Shown here: piece by piece, positions 53,866 through 63,925 of the stretch | Position numbering within the stretch: the first letter of the stretch is position 1 | Layout of the letters: each line of letters opens with the position of its first letter | Source: Minisyncoccia bacterium | Lineage (GTDB): Bacteria; Patescibacteriota; Minisyncoccia; Phycocordibacterales; UBA918 | Assembly (NCBI GenBank): GCA_046598345.1 | Contig: JBKJIT010000003.1 | Span: forward strand, 5,089 to 69,088 | Reading direction: 5' to 3' | Length of the DNA: 64,000 nt | Made by a program: the position numbers and the translations under genes | Notes under the pieces: model-generated | The model's database searches: none | The model's input: the letters and a program-made list of their open reading frames with translations, nothing else | What the model was told of the DNA's origin: nothing

Positions 53866-55089
53866 TTAGAGCTGCTCCCCGTTAATATCGACGAGTGTGT
53901 GCACGTATGCGCCAAGACAATGCTGAGTGACGTCGATACGCTGTGTTGGTTCAGTATCGCTTACGATGAATCCCCCCAGCGCCCGCACGGGCTTTGGTAG
54001 AGTCCTAAGAATAAGTGTTCCGTCTTCTCTCAGTACACGCACCTTGTCTCTTTCGGTCAATTGAACAAATACGTGGCGGGCGTTCAGCGTATGTAGTTCT
54101 TTTTTGAACCCCGTCACGTCTACAGTTGGACTGTTCTGTAAAATGGAAACGGCACTCGCGAGTCCTTCTGCATACCCACAGTAATTACGAATCGGGCCGC
54201 TACTAGCCTTCGAGCCATCGATGCGCCAACTTGTAAAATCATTCACGTATGTTGTGTACGTGTCTTTTTCAAGTATTCCGTCCGCATCCTTTAGTGCAGC
54301 CATGATCCAGAGGTATAGGTTTGCATCAAACGGCTGAGCTTTCAAATAGGTAAATGCCTGCAGGATGGCCTCCTTTACTTCCCCGCTTGGATTGAAGTGG
54401 TACAACCGGACGAGCGCAAGGAGCGCTTCCCCGTTTGAGAAAGGTGACTCTGCTTCAGCTTGTGTTCGTACACCAAAGCGATATCCATTTCGAAATCCAC
54501 CGTTTTCTTTCTGTTGCCCCAAGATAAATGCACCGTAACCTGAAATTAATTCAGCATATGTGCGTTCCTTTGCGGGCATTTCTTCCACATAGGAGAGCAA
54601 TCCGATGAGCGCTAGGCTCGTAGCACCGAGTTGGCACCGTGAGCTCACTTCTGTAGCACGAATGCACGCGATGGCTGTGTCTTCCTCGTGTCTGGTGAGG
54701 CCTTCGAAATACGTGATCGCACGCGTAATTGGTGTACCGAGCTTCAGTGAATCATTTTGCGACTCCCGGAAGAGCTCTCCTAGAATGTAGAGCGCACCTG
54801 TTTGTCGTACGATGTTGTCATCCGTACTGTATGTGTCTTCATACGGAGTATATTCATATCTAAAATGACCATTCGGTTCCTGTGACTTAGTCATCCACCC
54901 CGCTCCTGCAGTAATCGAATCACGCAGTTCTGCATCAGTAAGCTCCTTGGTTTGTCTAAAGGTTCTCGCGAGGTACGAACTAATTGCCGGAAGTTGTTCA
55001 AGAAGACTCTCGTCCACCTCCTCCGCCTGAAGGCTAAAAGGAGTAGAACAGATACTTATCATCAACAAAGCGAATACTATTTTTTTCAT
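53866..55089 (-). CDS. Secreted protein with QxxNGGF-type repeats (possible alpha/alpha-toroid, prenyltransferase/squalene-cyclase-like fold)
   Basis: Signal peptide MKKIVFALLMISICSTPFSLQA. Repeats QEPNGHFRY and QKENGGFRNGYRFG. Confidence 0.4.
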   Translation of the reverse strand: MKKIVFALLMISICSTPFSLQAEEVDESLLEQLPAISSYLARTFRQTKELTDAELRDSITAGAGWMTKSQEPNGHFRYEYTPYEDTYSTDDNIVRQTGALYILGELFRESQNDSLKLGTPITRAITYFEGLTRHEEDTAIACIRATEVSSRCQLGATSLALIGLLSYVEEMPAKERTYAELISGYGAFILGQQKENGGFRNGYRFGVRTQAEAESPFSNGEALLALVRLYHFNPSGEVKEAILQAFTYLKAQPFDANLYLWIMAALKDADGILEKDTYTTYVNDFTSWRIDGSKASSGPIRNYCGYAEGLASAVSILQNSPTVDVTGFKKELHTLNARHVFVQLTERDKVRVLREDGTLILRTLPKPVRALGGFIVSDTEPTQRIDVTQHCLGAYVHTLVDINGEQL

Positions 55090-55175
55090 TCCACTATTAT
55101 GCCGATGAACGAGAAAAAAAGAAACGCGAGCCGAAGGCTCGCGTTTCTAAACTGTAGTACCAAGAGTGAAGCAAC

Positions 55176-55748
55176 TTACTCAAATTGTATTGGAATCTCG
55201 AGTGCGTTGTCGTTTTCGGGGAGGCCTGAGGGGTTATCTTTCTTAAAAATGATTGCACCGCGGCGGTACGGTGTATCGGCAGGAAGCGTGTACGTAATGG
55301 TTGCACTAAAAGGTACAAAGTCCTCAGTCATCCATTCGCCATCAGCGGTTGCAATCCCTTCCCCAATAATGAGCCCATTCCAATTGACAATGGTGATCGG
55401 AAAACTTGCCTCGAAAAACCAATATCCGCGCGCCTCACCAGTAATCGTGATCGGTGAACTCACCACTGTGTCGCGTTTTGGACTTTCTACCATAATAAGA
55501 TTTGCTTTTGAATCGATATGGGCCTGGATGTCGTCACCAACTGGTGTGGGGCACTCCGCAAATTCGCAGTTGGAGCCAGTCCTCCCTACCGCGCTTCCAT
55601 CAGGGCACATTTTTGCGTCCATAGTGCAGGCGACTTGTGTGTCACCACCGTTCTGGCCTGTCCGCCTATTCTCTAGCGTGATCCAGAGTGCTATGCCAAT
55701 AATAACGACAATAACGAGTGCAATAATATTGATTGTATTTCGATGCAT
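55176..55748 (-). CDS. Membrane-anchored extracytoplasmic protein with Cys-rich segment and beta-rich (Gmad2/Ig-like) C-domain
   Basis: TM IIALVIVVIIGIALWI; 6 Cys in 30 aa. Confidence 0.4.
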   Translation of the reverse strand: MHRNTINIIALVIVVIIGIALWITLENRRTGQNGGDTQVACTMDAKMCPDGSAVGRTGSNCEFAECPTPVGDDIQAHIDSKANLIMVESPKRDTVVSSPITITGEARGYWFFEASFPITIVNWNGLIIGEGIATADGEWMTEDFVPFSATITYTLPADTPYRRGAIIFKKDNPSGLPENDNALEIPIQFE

Positions 55749-55771
55749 ATATTAGTATTTAAATCGGTAAC

Positions 55772-56371
55772 TTATCGTGAACCTCTCCCCTTTGCCGCAA
55801 AGAGTATGAGTGCTGTTACAGCCCCAAGTGTATCCATAAGGATGTCTTTTTGCGCGTCCCAAATATCTCCCTGTGAACCTAGAAACGCAGCTCCTGCATC
55901 CCCGCCATAGGACGCTGCAAACCACCATTCAATCATTTCATAGGCCGCAGCAACGCTGATAATGAAAAAAAGTGGGGTCAGGTAAAGGAGCCATTTGGTA
56001 TTCACGAGGTTCTTTGCACGAATAATTTCGGCGAACGGATATGCATAGAAGCCTACAGAAAAGTGCGCAATCCGATCGTACATGTTGCGTTCATATCCGA
56101 AGAGTTCACTAAACCACTCGAACGGCACGCGTTCAAAGGTAAAGTGTCCCCCTATTGTATGGAGGTAGAGGAGTACGAACATGAGTGCATAGGATGTGTT
56201 TGAGAACCTAGTCCCACGAACATAGAGGATGAAGAGTATGAGCGCAATGATGACAATCGGTAAGTTTTCTGCAAACCAGACGGCTCGGTTATATGGCGAA
56301 ATGGCGAGTGCCACAAATAGTATTCCGTAGGCAAGAAATAGAAATTTAGGAAAAGATGAGGTGTTTATCAT
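55772..56371 (-). CDS. Polytopic inner-membrane protein (YjdF/DUF2238-like)
   Basis: 5-6 TM helices; resemblance is from memory only. Confidence 0.4.
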   Translation of the reverse strand: MINTSSFPKFLFLAYGILFVALAISPYNRAVWFAENLPIVIIALILFILYVRGTRFSNTSYALMFVLLYLHTIGGHFTFERVPFEWFSELFGYERNMYDRIAHFSVGFYAYPFAEIIRAKNLVNTKWLLYLTPLFFIISVAAAYEMIEWWFAASYGGDAGAAFLGSQGDIWDAQKDILMDTLGAVTALILFAAKGRGSR

Positions 56372-56373
56372 AA

Positions 56374-56745
56374 TTGTATTGTACTATGTCTGCTATGAAA
56401 ATGTATTCAGGTTCGTGTCATTGTGGGGCAGTAACGTTCAGTGTCACGTGTAGTGTGGAAAATGTCATTGAGTGTAACTGTTCACACTGTGCGCAAAAAG
56501 GACTTCTGCTCACCTTTGTCCCTGCGTCAGAGTTTTCTCTTCACAGCGGAGCGGACTCACTCACCGAGTATCGGTTTAATAAAAAAGTTATCGCGCACCA
56601 ATTTTGCAGCGTGTGTGGCGTCGAATCATTTGCTCATGCACAGAATAAAGAGGGAGAGCCGACGGTGGCAATCAATGTGCGATCGCTCGAAGGCGTAGAT
56701 GCGGCGGCAATCCCGCGAGCGATGTTTGACGGAAAGAGTTTGTAG
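56374..56745 (+). CDS. GFA/CENP-V family (Mss4-like) zinc-binding protein
   Basis: CHCGAV ... CNCSHC ... CSVCG cysteine pattern. Start may be 56395 (MKMYSGSCHCGAV) given the divergent gene 2 nt away. Confidence 0.6.
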   Translation: MYCTMSAMKMYSGSCHCGAVTFSVTCSVENVIECNCSHCAQKGLLLTFVPASEFSLHSGADSLTEYRFNKKVIAHQFCSVCGVESFAHAQNKEGEPTVAINVRSLEGVDAAAIPRAMFDGKSL

Positions 56746-56752
56746 CTAAAAT

Positions 56753-56790
56753 AATAAATACCGCGCGCCTTTGGCGCGCGGTATTTATTA
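56753..56790. terminator. Bidirectional terminator AATAAATACCGCGCGCC-TTTG-GCGCGCGGTATTTATT
   Basis: Perfect palindrome between convergent genes. Confidence 0.7.
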
Positions 56791-57645
56791 TTCATCGTTC
56801 TTCCCCCTTCCCGTATTTTCTCGATTTCCCTCGTTTCCATTCTGTGGCTCACGCACCGTCGACTCCCCTTCCACCACACCCTTTTCTGGATTTTTTTCTA
56901 CTTCAACGCGGACTTCCCCATCCTTTTTTTCAATACGCGTCCGGTCATTTTTCCGGGTGATGTCAATTCGTGTTTCACCGCTAGCATCATGGCGGATTAC
57001 AACGGTGCGACCCTTTTCCACTGCATCTTCCTGCCCGTCTGCTACATTCACCTCAAGTGCGAACGCGTCAATTTCATGAAAGATCCCTTCAAGCATTTTT
57101 TCACGGTCAATTTCCTCAAGTTCTGTGTCATCAATAAAACTGAGTATTGCATCAACTGCAACACCGACGCGCTCCTCCCCATGCTTCGACAGAGATTTTT
57201 GGGCCTGGGTGCTCGTCGTGGGCACCATCATTTTCGCTACATCATCTGAAATCGAGTGCTCATTAATAAGTTCGCGTAACTCTGCGATACGTTTTTCAGA
57301 AAGTGCAGATTTAAGTTCTCGCTTGGCTTCGGCATTTTTAGTTAAATGAAGTCTTGTATTTTCAATCACGCGCTCGAGCGGGAAAAGTACATCCCCGGGA
57401 CGTGAGCCATCTGCTGCGAGCGCAGTAGTGCCGCCGGTAATGACGACGAGAAGAATAACGAAAGCTGAAAGAAGCGAGCGATGATACGCAAGACTACTAA
57501 ATGTAAAAGGTAAAAAAGGAGAGGGTACGGCACTCTGAGGAGGGAGCTTTTCAGAAATACGTGTCCACAGTAATGCCTCTACCTCATCGTTGAGGCGAGG
57601 TGCGTGAGCGTTTAATTTTTCTATAATGTGTTTGTCGTCTTTCAT
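56788..57645 (-). CDS. Putative anti-sigma factor (single TM, K/E-rich extracytoplasmic domain) coupled to ECF sigma
   Basis: ATG 1 nt after the sigma stop; TM LLSAFVILLVVITGG. Confidence 0.45.
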   Translation of the reverse strand: MKDDKHIIEKLNAHAPRLNDEVEALLWTRISEKLPPQSAVPSPFLPFTFSSLAYHRSLLSAFVILLVVITGGTTALAADGSRPGDVLFPLERVIENTRLHLTKNAEAKRELKSALSEKRIAELRELINEHSISDDVAKMMVPTTSTQAQKSLSKHGEERVGVAVDAILSFIDDTELEEIDREKMLEGIFHEIDAFALEVNVADGQEDAVEKGRTVVIRHDASGETRIDITRKNDRTRIEKKDGEVRVEVEKNPEKGVVEGESTVREPQNGNEGNRENTGRGKNDE

Positions 57646-57646
57646 G

Positions 57647-58171
57647 TTACGGTTTGATGTTTTTTCGTAGCGTAGCGATTGCTCTGTGGTGGCGTACTCG
57701 TACTGCTGTTTCATTCATACGGAGCATCAGTGCGATTTCTCCGAATGTGTACCCTGACCAGTGGTGGAGCGTTATGACTTCTTTCGCCTCAGGACTCAGT
57801 GTCTCAAGAAGGCGAGAAATTTCATCTTCTTGTTCGTGGTTACTATCACCATCTTCCTCCCCCAGAGCGTTTTCGTCAAATGGGAGTGGATCTCGTGCAC
57901 CGCGCGAATAATACTGTGCAAGTTGACGTTTCGTGATCACGAACACGAAGGCGTAAAACTGAGGAAGTGAGCGAAAAACAAACTTTGGGAGTGCTTTCCA
58001 GAGCTCAATGAATACGTCCTGTACCAGATCCGTTGCTGCTTCCTTCGTCTTTACCCGCGAGCGTACGTATGGAAAGACACGTGAAACGAGGTGCTCATAG
58101 AGACTTTTGTAACATTCTGTGTCACCCTTCCCACTTTTGGCGATAAGAGTCACTATGTGCGTAGAATCCAT
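57647..58171 (-). CDS. ECF-type sigma-70 family RNA polymerase sigma factor
   Basis: Region 2 (DLVQDVFIELW) and region 4 (GYTFGEIALMLRMNETAVRVRHHRA). Confidence 0.8.
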   Translation of the reverse strand: MDSTHIVTLIAKSGKGDTECYKSLYEHLVSRVFPYVRSRVKTKEAATDLVQDVFIELWKALPKFVFRSLPQFYAFVFVITKRQLAQYYSRGARDPLPFDENALGEEDGDSNHEQEDEISRLLETLSPEAKEVITLHHWSGYTFGEIALMLRMNETAVRVRHHRAIATLRKNIKP

Positions 58172-58338
58172 CCGTCTACTCTACTATATATGCTGTCATT
58201 TGTTTAAAAACGTTACAGATGTGTGAGGGATTCATGAAACGTGACATTGAGCCATATCTACGGCATAATCTCTCCCGTTCCCGAGGCAAGTTTGCTTAGG
58301 GATAGGATTGTTCTTTACAATAACTAAAGGGATTGACC

Positions 58339-58722
58339 ATGCGAGTGGTTGTCATTGTAGTTCTGTTTTTCTTTGTTTCGTTCGCGGAAGCAGCCCGTGC
58401 GGAGACGTACTTTGTTTCACGAACATCAGATATGTATCCGGTATTGCTAAACAAGCCGCCGAAGGGAAAAATCGGCAGGAACCTCTATGAGCGTGCACGT
58501 AGCACATTGTTGAGTGCAGGTTTCGAGGAAGTTTCAGAGCGACCGCACAATTTCGAGAATCAAGCTTGCGAATTGGTACCGTACAGCTCACGGATGTACA
58601 TAGCGTGTGTGCGAGCGACTGAGGAACCGTTTTGCGCATTTTTGCCAGATCAGATTCATGTGAACGCCATCGTTCACATGATGAAGACATTTCGTCGGGC
58701 CTGTCCGACACGGATTATCTGA
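58339..58722 (+). CDS. Small secreted Cys-containing protein
   Basis: Signal peptide MRVVVIVVLFFFVSFAEAARA; AAGGG SD. Confidence 0.45.
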   Translation: MRVVVIVVLFFFVSFAEAARAETYFVSRTSDMYPVLLNKPPKGKIGRNLYERARSTLLSAGFEEVSERPHNFENQACELVPYSSRMYIACVRATEEPFCAFLPDQIHVNAIVHMMKTFRRACPTRII

Positions 58723-58731
58723 GGAGATGAC

Positions 58732-59184
58732 ATGCAAGAATTAGAAGCCGAGGTAATTCGGGAAGAAGACCGGAGCAGTTTCATTATGACCCTTGTGGTG
58801 GCCGTTCCGCTAGTGGTTGTGTCTGCGCTAATGCTGAACATCGGACAGAGGTCAGTCTTGGAGTTCAAGATCGGCGGAGTGCCCTACGTTGTGGACGCAA
58901 CAAGAAACACGGAGGTGTTCAAATCCTTGCTAAAGCAGGGAGGAGCGCGCATTCCTGCCACAAAGCATGATGACAACCCGAATGCCTACTTCTGTGTCGT
59001 GGAACCAGCGCAAATTGGGGTCGTTTCGTACGTGTACCAGGCGTGCGGAAAAATGGGTGCGGAAAAAGGAGAAGTCTTTGGGTGCAATGTAGACTCACTG
59101 GATGCCGCACAGAGCATTCTCGAATACATTCGATACTCGAAGAAGTTCACTTGTTCATTGGAGGGAGGAAGAAGGCCAGTGTAA
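58732..59184 (+). CDS. Small membrane-anchored protein
   Basis: TM IMTLVVAVPLVVVSALML; 4 Cys. Confidence 0.45.
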   Translation: MQELEAEVIREEDRSSFIMTLVVAVPLVVVSALMLNIGQRSVLEFKIGGVPYVVDATRNTEVFKSLLKQGGARIPATKHDDNPNAYFCVVEPAQIGVVSYVYQACGKMGAEKGEVFGCNVDSLDAAQSILEYIRYSKKFTCSLEGGRRPV

Positions 59185-59197
59185 TTGCTGGGCAAAT

Positions 59198-59230
59198 GGG
59201 GGATGTGCGCAGGCACTCCCCCGTTTTTTT
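59198..59230 (+). terminator. Terminator GGGGGATGTGCGCAGGCACTCCCCC + T7
   Basis: Hairpin + T-run. Confidence 0.65.
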
Positions 59231-59235
59231 GTTAC

Positions 59236-60027
59236 CTACTCTCCTGTAACTGTAAACGTGCCGAGTGGAATCAACTGACTTCTTAGCGTTACATACTCTA
59301 CGTCATCATACGGAATAGTATTTGAATACTCTACTGAGTACGTTTCTCCCGCTTTCATACTCGTGGTGAGCGAAACATGTACACGACGGGTAGGTCCACG
59401 CGAGAGGGGTATACTTTTTCCTACTATCTCGCCGTTACTATTTGTTACAAAAAGAACAGCACCGTCATTCTCGAGTTCAATATAATCAATAATCACCTCC
59501 TCTCCAGTCGGCTGATTAGTAAGTGCGAAACCAAGCACCGCATTTGAAATGTAATCGGTGCCACTTTCGGCAGTCATCGCACTTTCATTAAATGGAGCTA
59601 ACATTTTTGCATCCATATCAGGAGTGGGGGCACCCATGGTGTCCATAGCGGGCGCGCTCACTGACTGTGATTCAGGCGAACTCGTGTACGAGGTACTTGG
59701 AACTCGGGGGGTGCGAACCACGTCGTCCACTTCCCCACCGTCTCGTGTCATAAACTGCGGTACAAGAATAAGGAGAAGAAGTGCGACTGCACTAAGCGGT
59801 GCAACACGCATCATGAGCGCATGCATGAACGGCGATGGTGCGGGTTTTTGTACGGTCTGTGCATAGATGAGTTTGGCACGGAGTGAGCGTACAAACTCAG
59901 GGTCTATGGTAATGGAGGGCTTTTGTGTAATCAGCGCCTCGACAATCTGGCGCACGTTCGCATCTCCCTTCCAAGAAGGGTCGAGCATTTCTAGTTCTGT
60001 AAGTATTGTGTCGATATGGTCGTGCAT
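59236..60027 (-). CDS. Putative anti-sigma factor / bitopic membrane protein downstream of second ECF sigma
   Basis: Single TM VAPLSAVALLLLILV, 8 nt after the sigma stop. Confidence 0.4.
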   Translation of the reverse strand: MHDHIDTILTELEMLDPSWKGDANVRQIVEALITQKPSITIDPEFVRSLRAKLIYAQTVQKPAPSPFMHALMMRVAPLSAVALLLLILVPQFMTRDGGEVDDVVRTPRVPSTSYTSSPESQSVSAPAMDTMGAPTPDMDAKMLAPFNESAMTAESGTDYISNAVLGFALTNQPTGEEVIIDYIELENDGAVLFVTNSNGEIVGKSIPLSRGPTRRVHVSLTTSMKAGETYSVEYSNTIPYDDVEYVTLRSQLIPLGTFTVTGE

Positions 60028-60035
60028 ACTGTATA

Positions 60036-60683
60036 TTACGAAAGTTCCTTAAAAGGTAACGCTAGGGAATCCGGGAGAAGAGCAGAGTGCATGGTGAAGA
60101 AAAGGAAGAGTCCCAGCGCGCCACATTTTTCCCGCACATCGCGAATACTTCTCGAGAACGCCATTTTTACACTGTCCTCGGTCCCTCCCACAATCAGAGC
60201 GATCTCCTTATAGGATCGCTCTTCCCAAATGCGAAGCGTGATAATTTCTCGTTGCTTAGGCGTAAGTGTTTTGAGGTAGATCTCGACTTTTTCGAGGGCC
60301 ATAAGCGCATCTGTTTGCTCCGCAGTGCGCTCATCAAATCCGATATCAAACAGGTCGTCGATCGGCACCGTCGACTTCTTTGTCCGGTAATAATCAATGA
60401 TCGCGTTTCGTGCAATGCGATAGAGCCACGCAGAAAATGAGCCCTTTGCGGCGTCAAAAGAATTAATTTTTTGGAATGCCTTAGTGAACACTTCGCTCGT
60501 GAGGTCCTCAGCGATTTCTTTGCTCCACACTTTGTAGTAAACAAAGCGGTAGATACGATCGAGGTATCGATCGTAGAGCGCACCAAACGCAGCGCTGTTC
60601 CCTGCTTGAGACTCCATAACATCAGAAAGGTCCGTATCCATGCTCACAGTATGCATGCTCATTCGCCGGAATTCAATGTGCAA
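60036..60683 (-). CDS. ECF-type sigma-70 family sigma factor (second copy)
   Basis: Region 2 DLTSEVFTKAF and region 4 SYKEIALIVGGTEDSVKMAFSRSIR. Confidence 0.8.
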   Translation of the reverse strand: MHIEFRRMSMHTVSMDTDLSDVMESQAGNSAAFGALYDRYLDRIYRFVYYKVWSKEIAEDLTSEVFTKAFQKINSFDAAKGSFSAWLYRIARNAIIDYYRTKKSTVPIDDLFDIGFDERTAEQTDALMALEKVEIYLKTLTPKQREIITLRIWEERSYKEIALIVGGTEDSVKMAFSRSIRDVREKCGALGLFLFFTMHSALLPDSLALPFKELS

Positions 60684-60702
60684 AAGGAGTTATAATGGAT
60701 AT

Positions 60703-61461
60703 ATGAAATGGAAAGGGGCATACCCAGATGGCATCGTTGCACCAGGGGCACTTCTCGCGAGCGCCATCATTGCCTTTCTTTCGGTCATGGGATTCCTCGT
60801 CGTGCCGCTCGCGACGGAACCGCTTGCTGACATGCGCATCGAGCCTTCCTCGGGTACGCTCACTGTGGGGAGTACGTTTGACGTGAAGGTTCTCGTATCA
60901 GCAAAGACGCCCGTGAACGTATTTAAGGGCGCTCTTACATTTGATCATACGAAGCTCAGTGTGGATTCGATTTCGTACAACACGTCGATTGCTAATATTT
61001 GGGCTGAGGAACCGTGGTACCGGAATGGTGAAGGGACGCTCGGATTTATTGGTGGCACGTCACGTAGTGGCGGATTTCTTGGTGACGGAGAATTACTAGT
61101 CATTACGTTTCGTTCTATGAAAGAGGGGGATGCGGTCATTAGGTTCCATGAGGCACGTATTCTAGAACACGATGGACTCGGCACGGATGCCACACTCGAA
61201 TCCCCGATCGATAGTATTTTTCTCGTTGAACAGGCAGAGCTCGAACGTGAAACAGTTGCGGTACCGCTCCCCGATGAAGCTAGAATTGCTTCGGTGAAAG
61301 AGTACGCAAGAACAGACCTCAATTACGACGGCAAGCAATCTCTCGCTGATATCAGTATTTTCATGCTCAACATGATGGGTGATAATCCTCGATTTGATTT
61401 CAATACTGACGGAAAAGTTACCACAAAGGATCTCAGTATTATCCTAAGCGCAGAAAGGTAG
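60703..61461 (+). CDS. Secreted protein with cohesin-like beta domain and C-terminal dockerin-type Ca-binding repeats
   Basis: Two D-x-N-x-D-G-K repeats (DLNYDGKQSLADIS, DFNTDGKVTTKDLS). N-terminal TM/signal. Confidence 0.5.
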   Translation: MKWKGAYPDGIVAPGALLASAIIAFLSVMGFLVVPLATEPLADMRIEPSSGTLTVGSTFDVKVLVSAKTPVNVFKGALTFDHTKLSVDSISYNTSIANIWAEEPWYRNGEGTLGFIGGTSRSGGFLGDGELLVITFRSMKEGDAVIRFHEARILEHDGLGTDATLESPIDSIFLVEQAELERETVAVPLPDEARIASVKEYARTDLNYDGKQSLADISIFMLNMMGDNPRFDFNTDGKVTTKDLSIILSAER

Positions 61462-61535
61462 GGTGTTCCCCGCCTCTGTTTGAAGGACCATTGGTGGTGA
61501 TAGAAAAACGGCGGCCTCCCTGAGCCCTCCGTTTC

Positions 61536-62006
61536 CTATTTGAGATCGTGCAAGTCTTGCAGTACGTCGTCTGCATGCTTTGGTGGTTTCACATTCTCGT
61601 ACACTTTGCGCAGTATGCCTTTTGGATCAATGAGAAATGATGTTCGAAGAATTCCTTCGAATTCCCTTCCCATGAACTTTTTCTTTCCCCATACACCGTA
61701 GAGCCCTACAACTTGTTTCAGAGAATCTGAGAGCAATGTAAATGGAAGTTTGTACTTCTCTTCAAATTTCTTGTGACTCTTCTCGCTATCGGCACTAATG
61801 CCAAACACGACACAGTCTAGCTTTTGTAATTCTGGAAACGCATCCCTGAGGACACAGGATTCTTTCGTACATCCGGGTGTGTCGTCTTTTGGATAAAAGT
61901 ACATGAGCACCCATTTTCCTCGGTAATCAGAAAGAGTATGCACCTTCCCATTTTGATCAGGGAGTGAAAAATCGGGAGCCGATCTATCAATCGTTGGATG
62001 GGCCAT
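61536..62006 (-). CDS. bcp: Peroxiredoxin Bcp (thiol peroxidase)
   Basis: PKDDTPGCTKESC active-site motif. Confidence 0.85.
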   Translation of the reverse strand: MAHPTIDRSAPDFSLPDQNGKVHTLSDYRGKWVLMYFYPKDDTPGCTKESCVLRDAFPELQKLDCVVFGISADSEKSHKKFEEKYKLPFTLLSDSLKQVVGLYGVWGKKKFMGREFEGILRTSFLIDPKGILRKVYENVKPPKHADDVLQDLHDLK

Positions 62007-62010
62007 ATAT

Positions 62011-62829
62011 TTAGAGCGAAGTTTCTGATCCAGTTTCTATTTTAATTTCTATATCCGCACCTTCGCGAAGTGTGGCAAGAAATGCATTAACCAGCTCAAG
62101 GCGTTTTGGTGTGATAATTTCTCGTTCGATTTCCGAACGAATTGTGTCGAGAGGTGGAGTAGTGGTGCCTCCTTGTTCGCTTAGCATCGCGTAGAATGCA
62201 CCGATCTCTTCAGGAGTTGCAGCAAGCAATTCAATATCCGTTTCTGCTTCGATAAATTTATCAACGACAATTCTCTCGTAAATATTGCTGCGGAGCTTTT
62301 CCTCAGTAAGACCTACCACGTCCATTTGGGCCTTCAGGTTTTCCTCTCCCTTGAGTTCAAGTACAAGCGCATCTCGTTGCACTTTAATTTCTTCGTCACT
62401 AGCAGTGATATCTGCATCCCCAGCTGCTTCAAGAAGAAGTGCATTATTTACAAGCGTGTCGATTGCCTGCGTTGTGATTTCCTTTTGTATATCTGGACTG
62501 GTCACATCGTATCCTTGGAGCGATGCCTGTTGGGTGATGAGTGCAACATTGTTATCAAAATCAATCTTCTTGATCTTCGTTCCGTTTACTACTGCCGCAA
62601 CGGTATCGGATTGTGAGCGAAGGTAAAACATTCCTCCTGCAACAAGTACGCCGACGAGCACAATACCGATTGCTATCTTAATTTTCCCTGCGTTTCCGTG
62701 ACCTAGAGCGTCTGTGCCCGGTGTTTCAGGCGCCCCTGTCTCGCTCGTAGTCTCACTTGTGTCGTCTCCAATTATTGTTGCATCAGTAATCTGATTGTTA
62801 GAATTTTGTTCGTCCATATCAATATTCAA
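62011..62829 (-). CDS. SurA N-terminal-domain-like periplasmic chaperone-type protein (no PPIase domain evident), membrane-anchored
   Basis: TM IAIGIVLVGVLVAGGMFYL followed by a SurA_N-like helical region. Confidence 0.4.
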   Translation of the reverse strand: MNIDMDEQNSNNQITDATIIGDDTSETTSETGAPETPGTDALGHGNAGKIKIAIGIVLVGVLVAGGMFYLRSQSDTVAAVVNGTKIKKIDFDNNVALITQQASLQGYDVTSPDIQKEITTQAIDTLVNNALLLEAAGDADITASDEEIKVQRDALVLELKGEENLKAQMDVVGLTEEKLRSNIYERIVVDKFIEAETDIELLAATPEEIGAFYAMLSEQGGTTTPPLDTIRSEIEREIITPKRLELVNAFLATLREGADIEIKIETGSETSL

Positions 62830-62890
62830 AAAGTAAATATACGCACGCTGATAAGTACGTCAAGGGTACCATGTCGGATCAGACTTGTAC

Positions 62891-62933
62891 AAAAGAAGGG
62901 CGACGAGTCTCCAGAGGAGACTCGTCGCCCTTC
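62891..62933. terminator. Perfect palindrome GAAGGGCGACGAGTCTCC-AGAG-GAGACTCGTCGCCCTTC
   Basis: 18-bp stem. Confidence 0.7.
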
Positions 62934-62952
62934 AACATCGCCTTTCACCCCC

Positions 62953-63372
62953 TTACCCCCAGCGTCCAATAAGGAAACCGTACATGAGAAACAGCACGAG
63001 CTGGAATCCAGCCTGAATGAGAAACAACGCCCATTTCACCTTGTTGGGCTGGTTATTCCACATCGCACTCCCTGCCACTGTGGGCATGACGAATCCGAGC
63101 CAGAGGAAAAATGCCACCCCCACACTTTGTGCCGACCATGAGTTCCATGTAATGAAATTACTAAAGATATATACTTGCAAAAGACTGAGTGCAAACTGAA
63201 TAATGTAGAGCGGCTTTGCAGCCCTCTGCATTTCCTTTCGTTTCTCAGCGTCCATCTCAGTCGCCCCCATGATCTGCATCCACTTTTTTCCAAAAAGTGG
63301 TCCAAACCACACAAAGCCGATAACCATTGAGAGGAGTGCACCGACAAGAATAATTACGTAATTTGCTTCCAT
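62953..63372 (-). CDS. Small polytopic membrane protein (DUF1761-like)
   Basis: 4 TM helices. Confidence 0.4.
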   Translation of the reverse strand: MEANYVIILVGALLSMVIGFVWFGPLFGKKWMQIMGATEMDAEKRKEMQRAAKPLYIIQFALSLLQVYIFSNFITWNSWSAQSVGVAFFLWLGFVMPTVAGSAMWNNQPNKVKWALFLIQAGFQLVLFLMYGFLIGRWG

Positions 63373-63415
63373 AATGATTAGTTAATCTTATATAGTCATA
63401 GCGTACCACCAGGTT

Positions 63416-63925
63416 TTACATCTTTCTACTATCATATGCCCAGTGAAGCAGCGCCTGTCGCTGTCGCCTCCGACAGAATTCGTCACCCTTTCTGCAGTGG
63501 AGAACCACTTGCGCGACATGACGCCGAATCGCATTCCAACGTTTAATTTGGCGCACATCGTCCTCATGCCTCCGACCGAGATAGTAACGACAATACCACT
63601 CAAACCATCCGTGAGGGTCGTCTGTATGAATCCATCCTTTTTTTTGCCACACAGAGCGTGGTTGGCTCGCGAGCACTCCAAAATAATTAAGTTCTTTGTG
63701 CGGTGCACCATCAGGGGAAAGTCTCGCTCCTTTCCACCAGGATGTAGGAAATTCTTTCGTACGTTCTTCAAAATATGCACCTCCAAAAACTCCGAGGGCT
63801 AGCATTTCTTGCGGAGTAAGTTGCGGTCTAAATTCCTTGGCAAAGTTTTTTCCTACGGGTTCACTACAAACGTACGAATACTTCTTTTGAAGTGGTGAAG
63901 AGACAACGACTTTTTTACTTCGCAT
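63416..63925 (-). CDS. Conserved hypothetical protein (HGWFEWYCRYY motif), slightly GC-rich
   Basis: 169-aa ORF with coding-like composition. Confidence 0.4.
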   Translation of the reverse strand: MRSKKVVVSSPLQKKYSYVCSEPVGKNFAKEFRPQLTPQEMLALGVFGGAYFEERTKEFPTSWWKGARLSPDGAPHKELNYFGVLASQPRSVWQKKGWIHTDDPHGWFEWYCRYYLGRRHEDDVRQIKRWNAIRRHVAQVVLHCRKGDEFCRRRQRQALLHWAYDSRKM

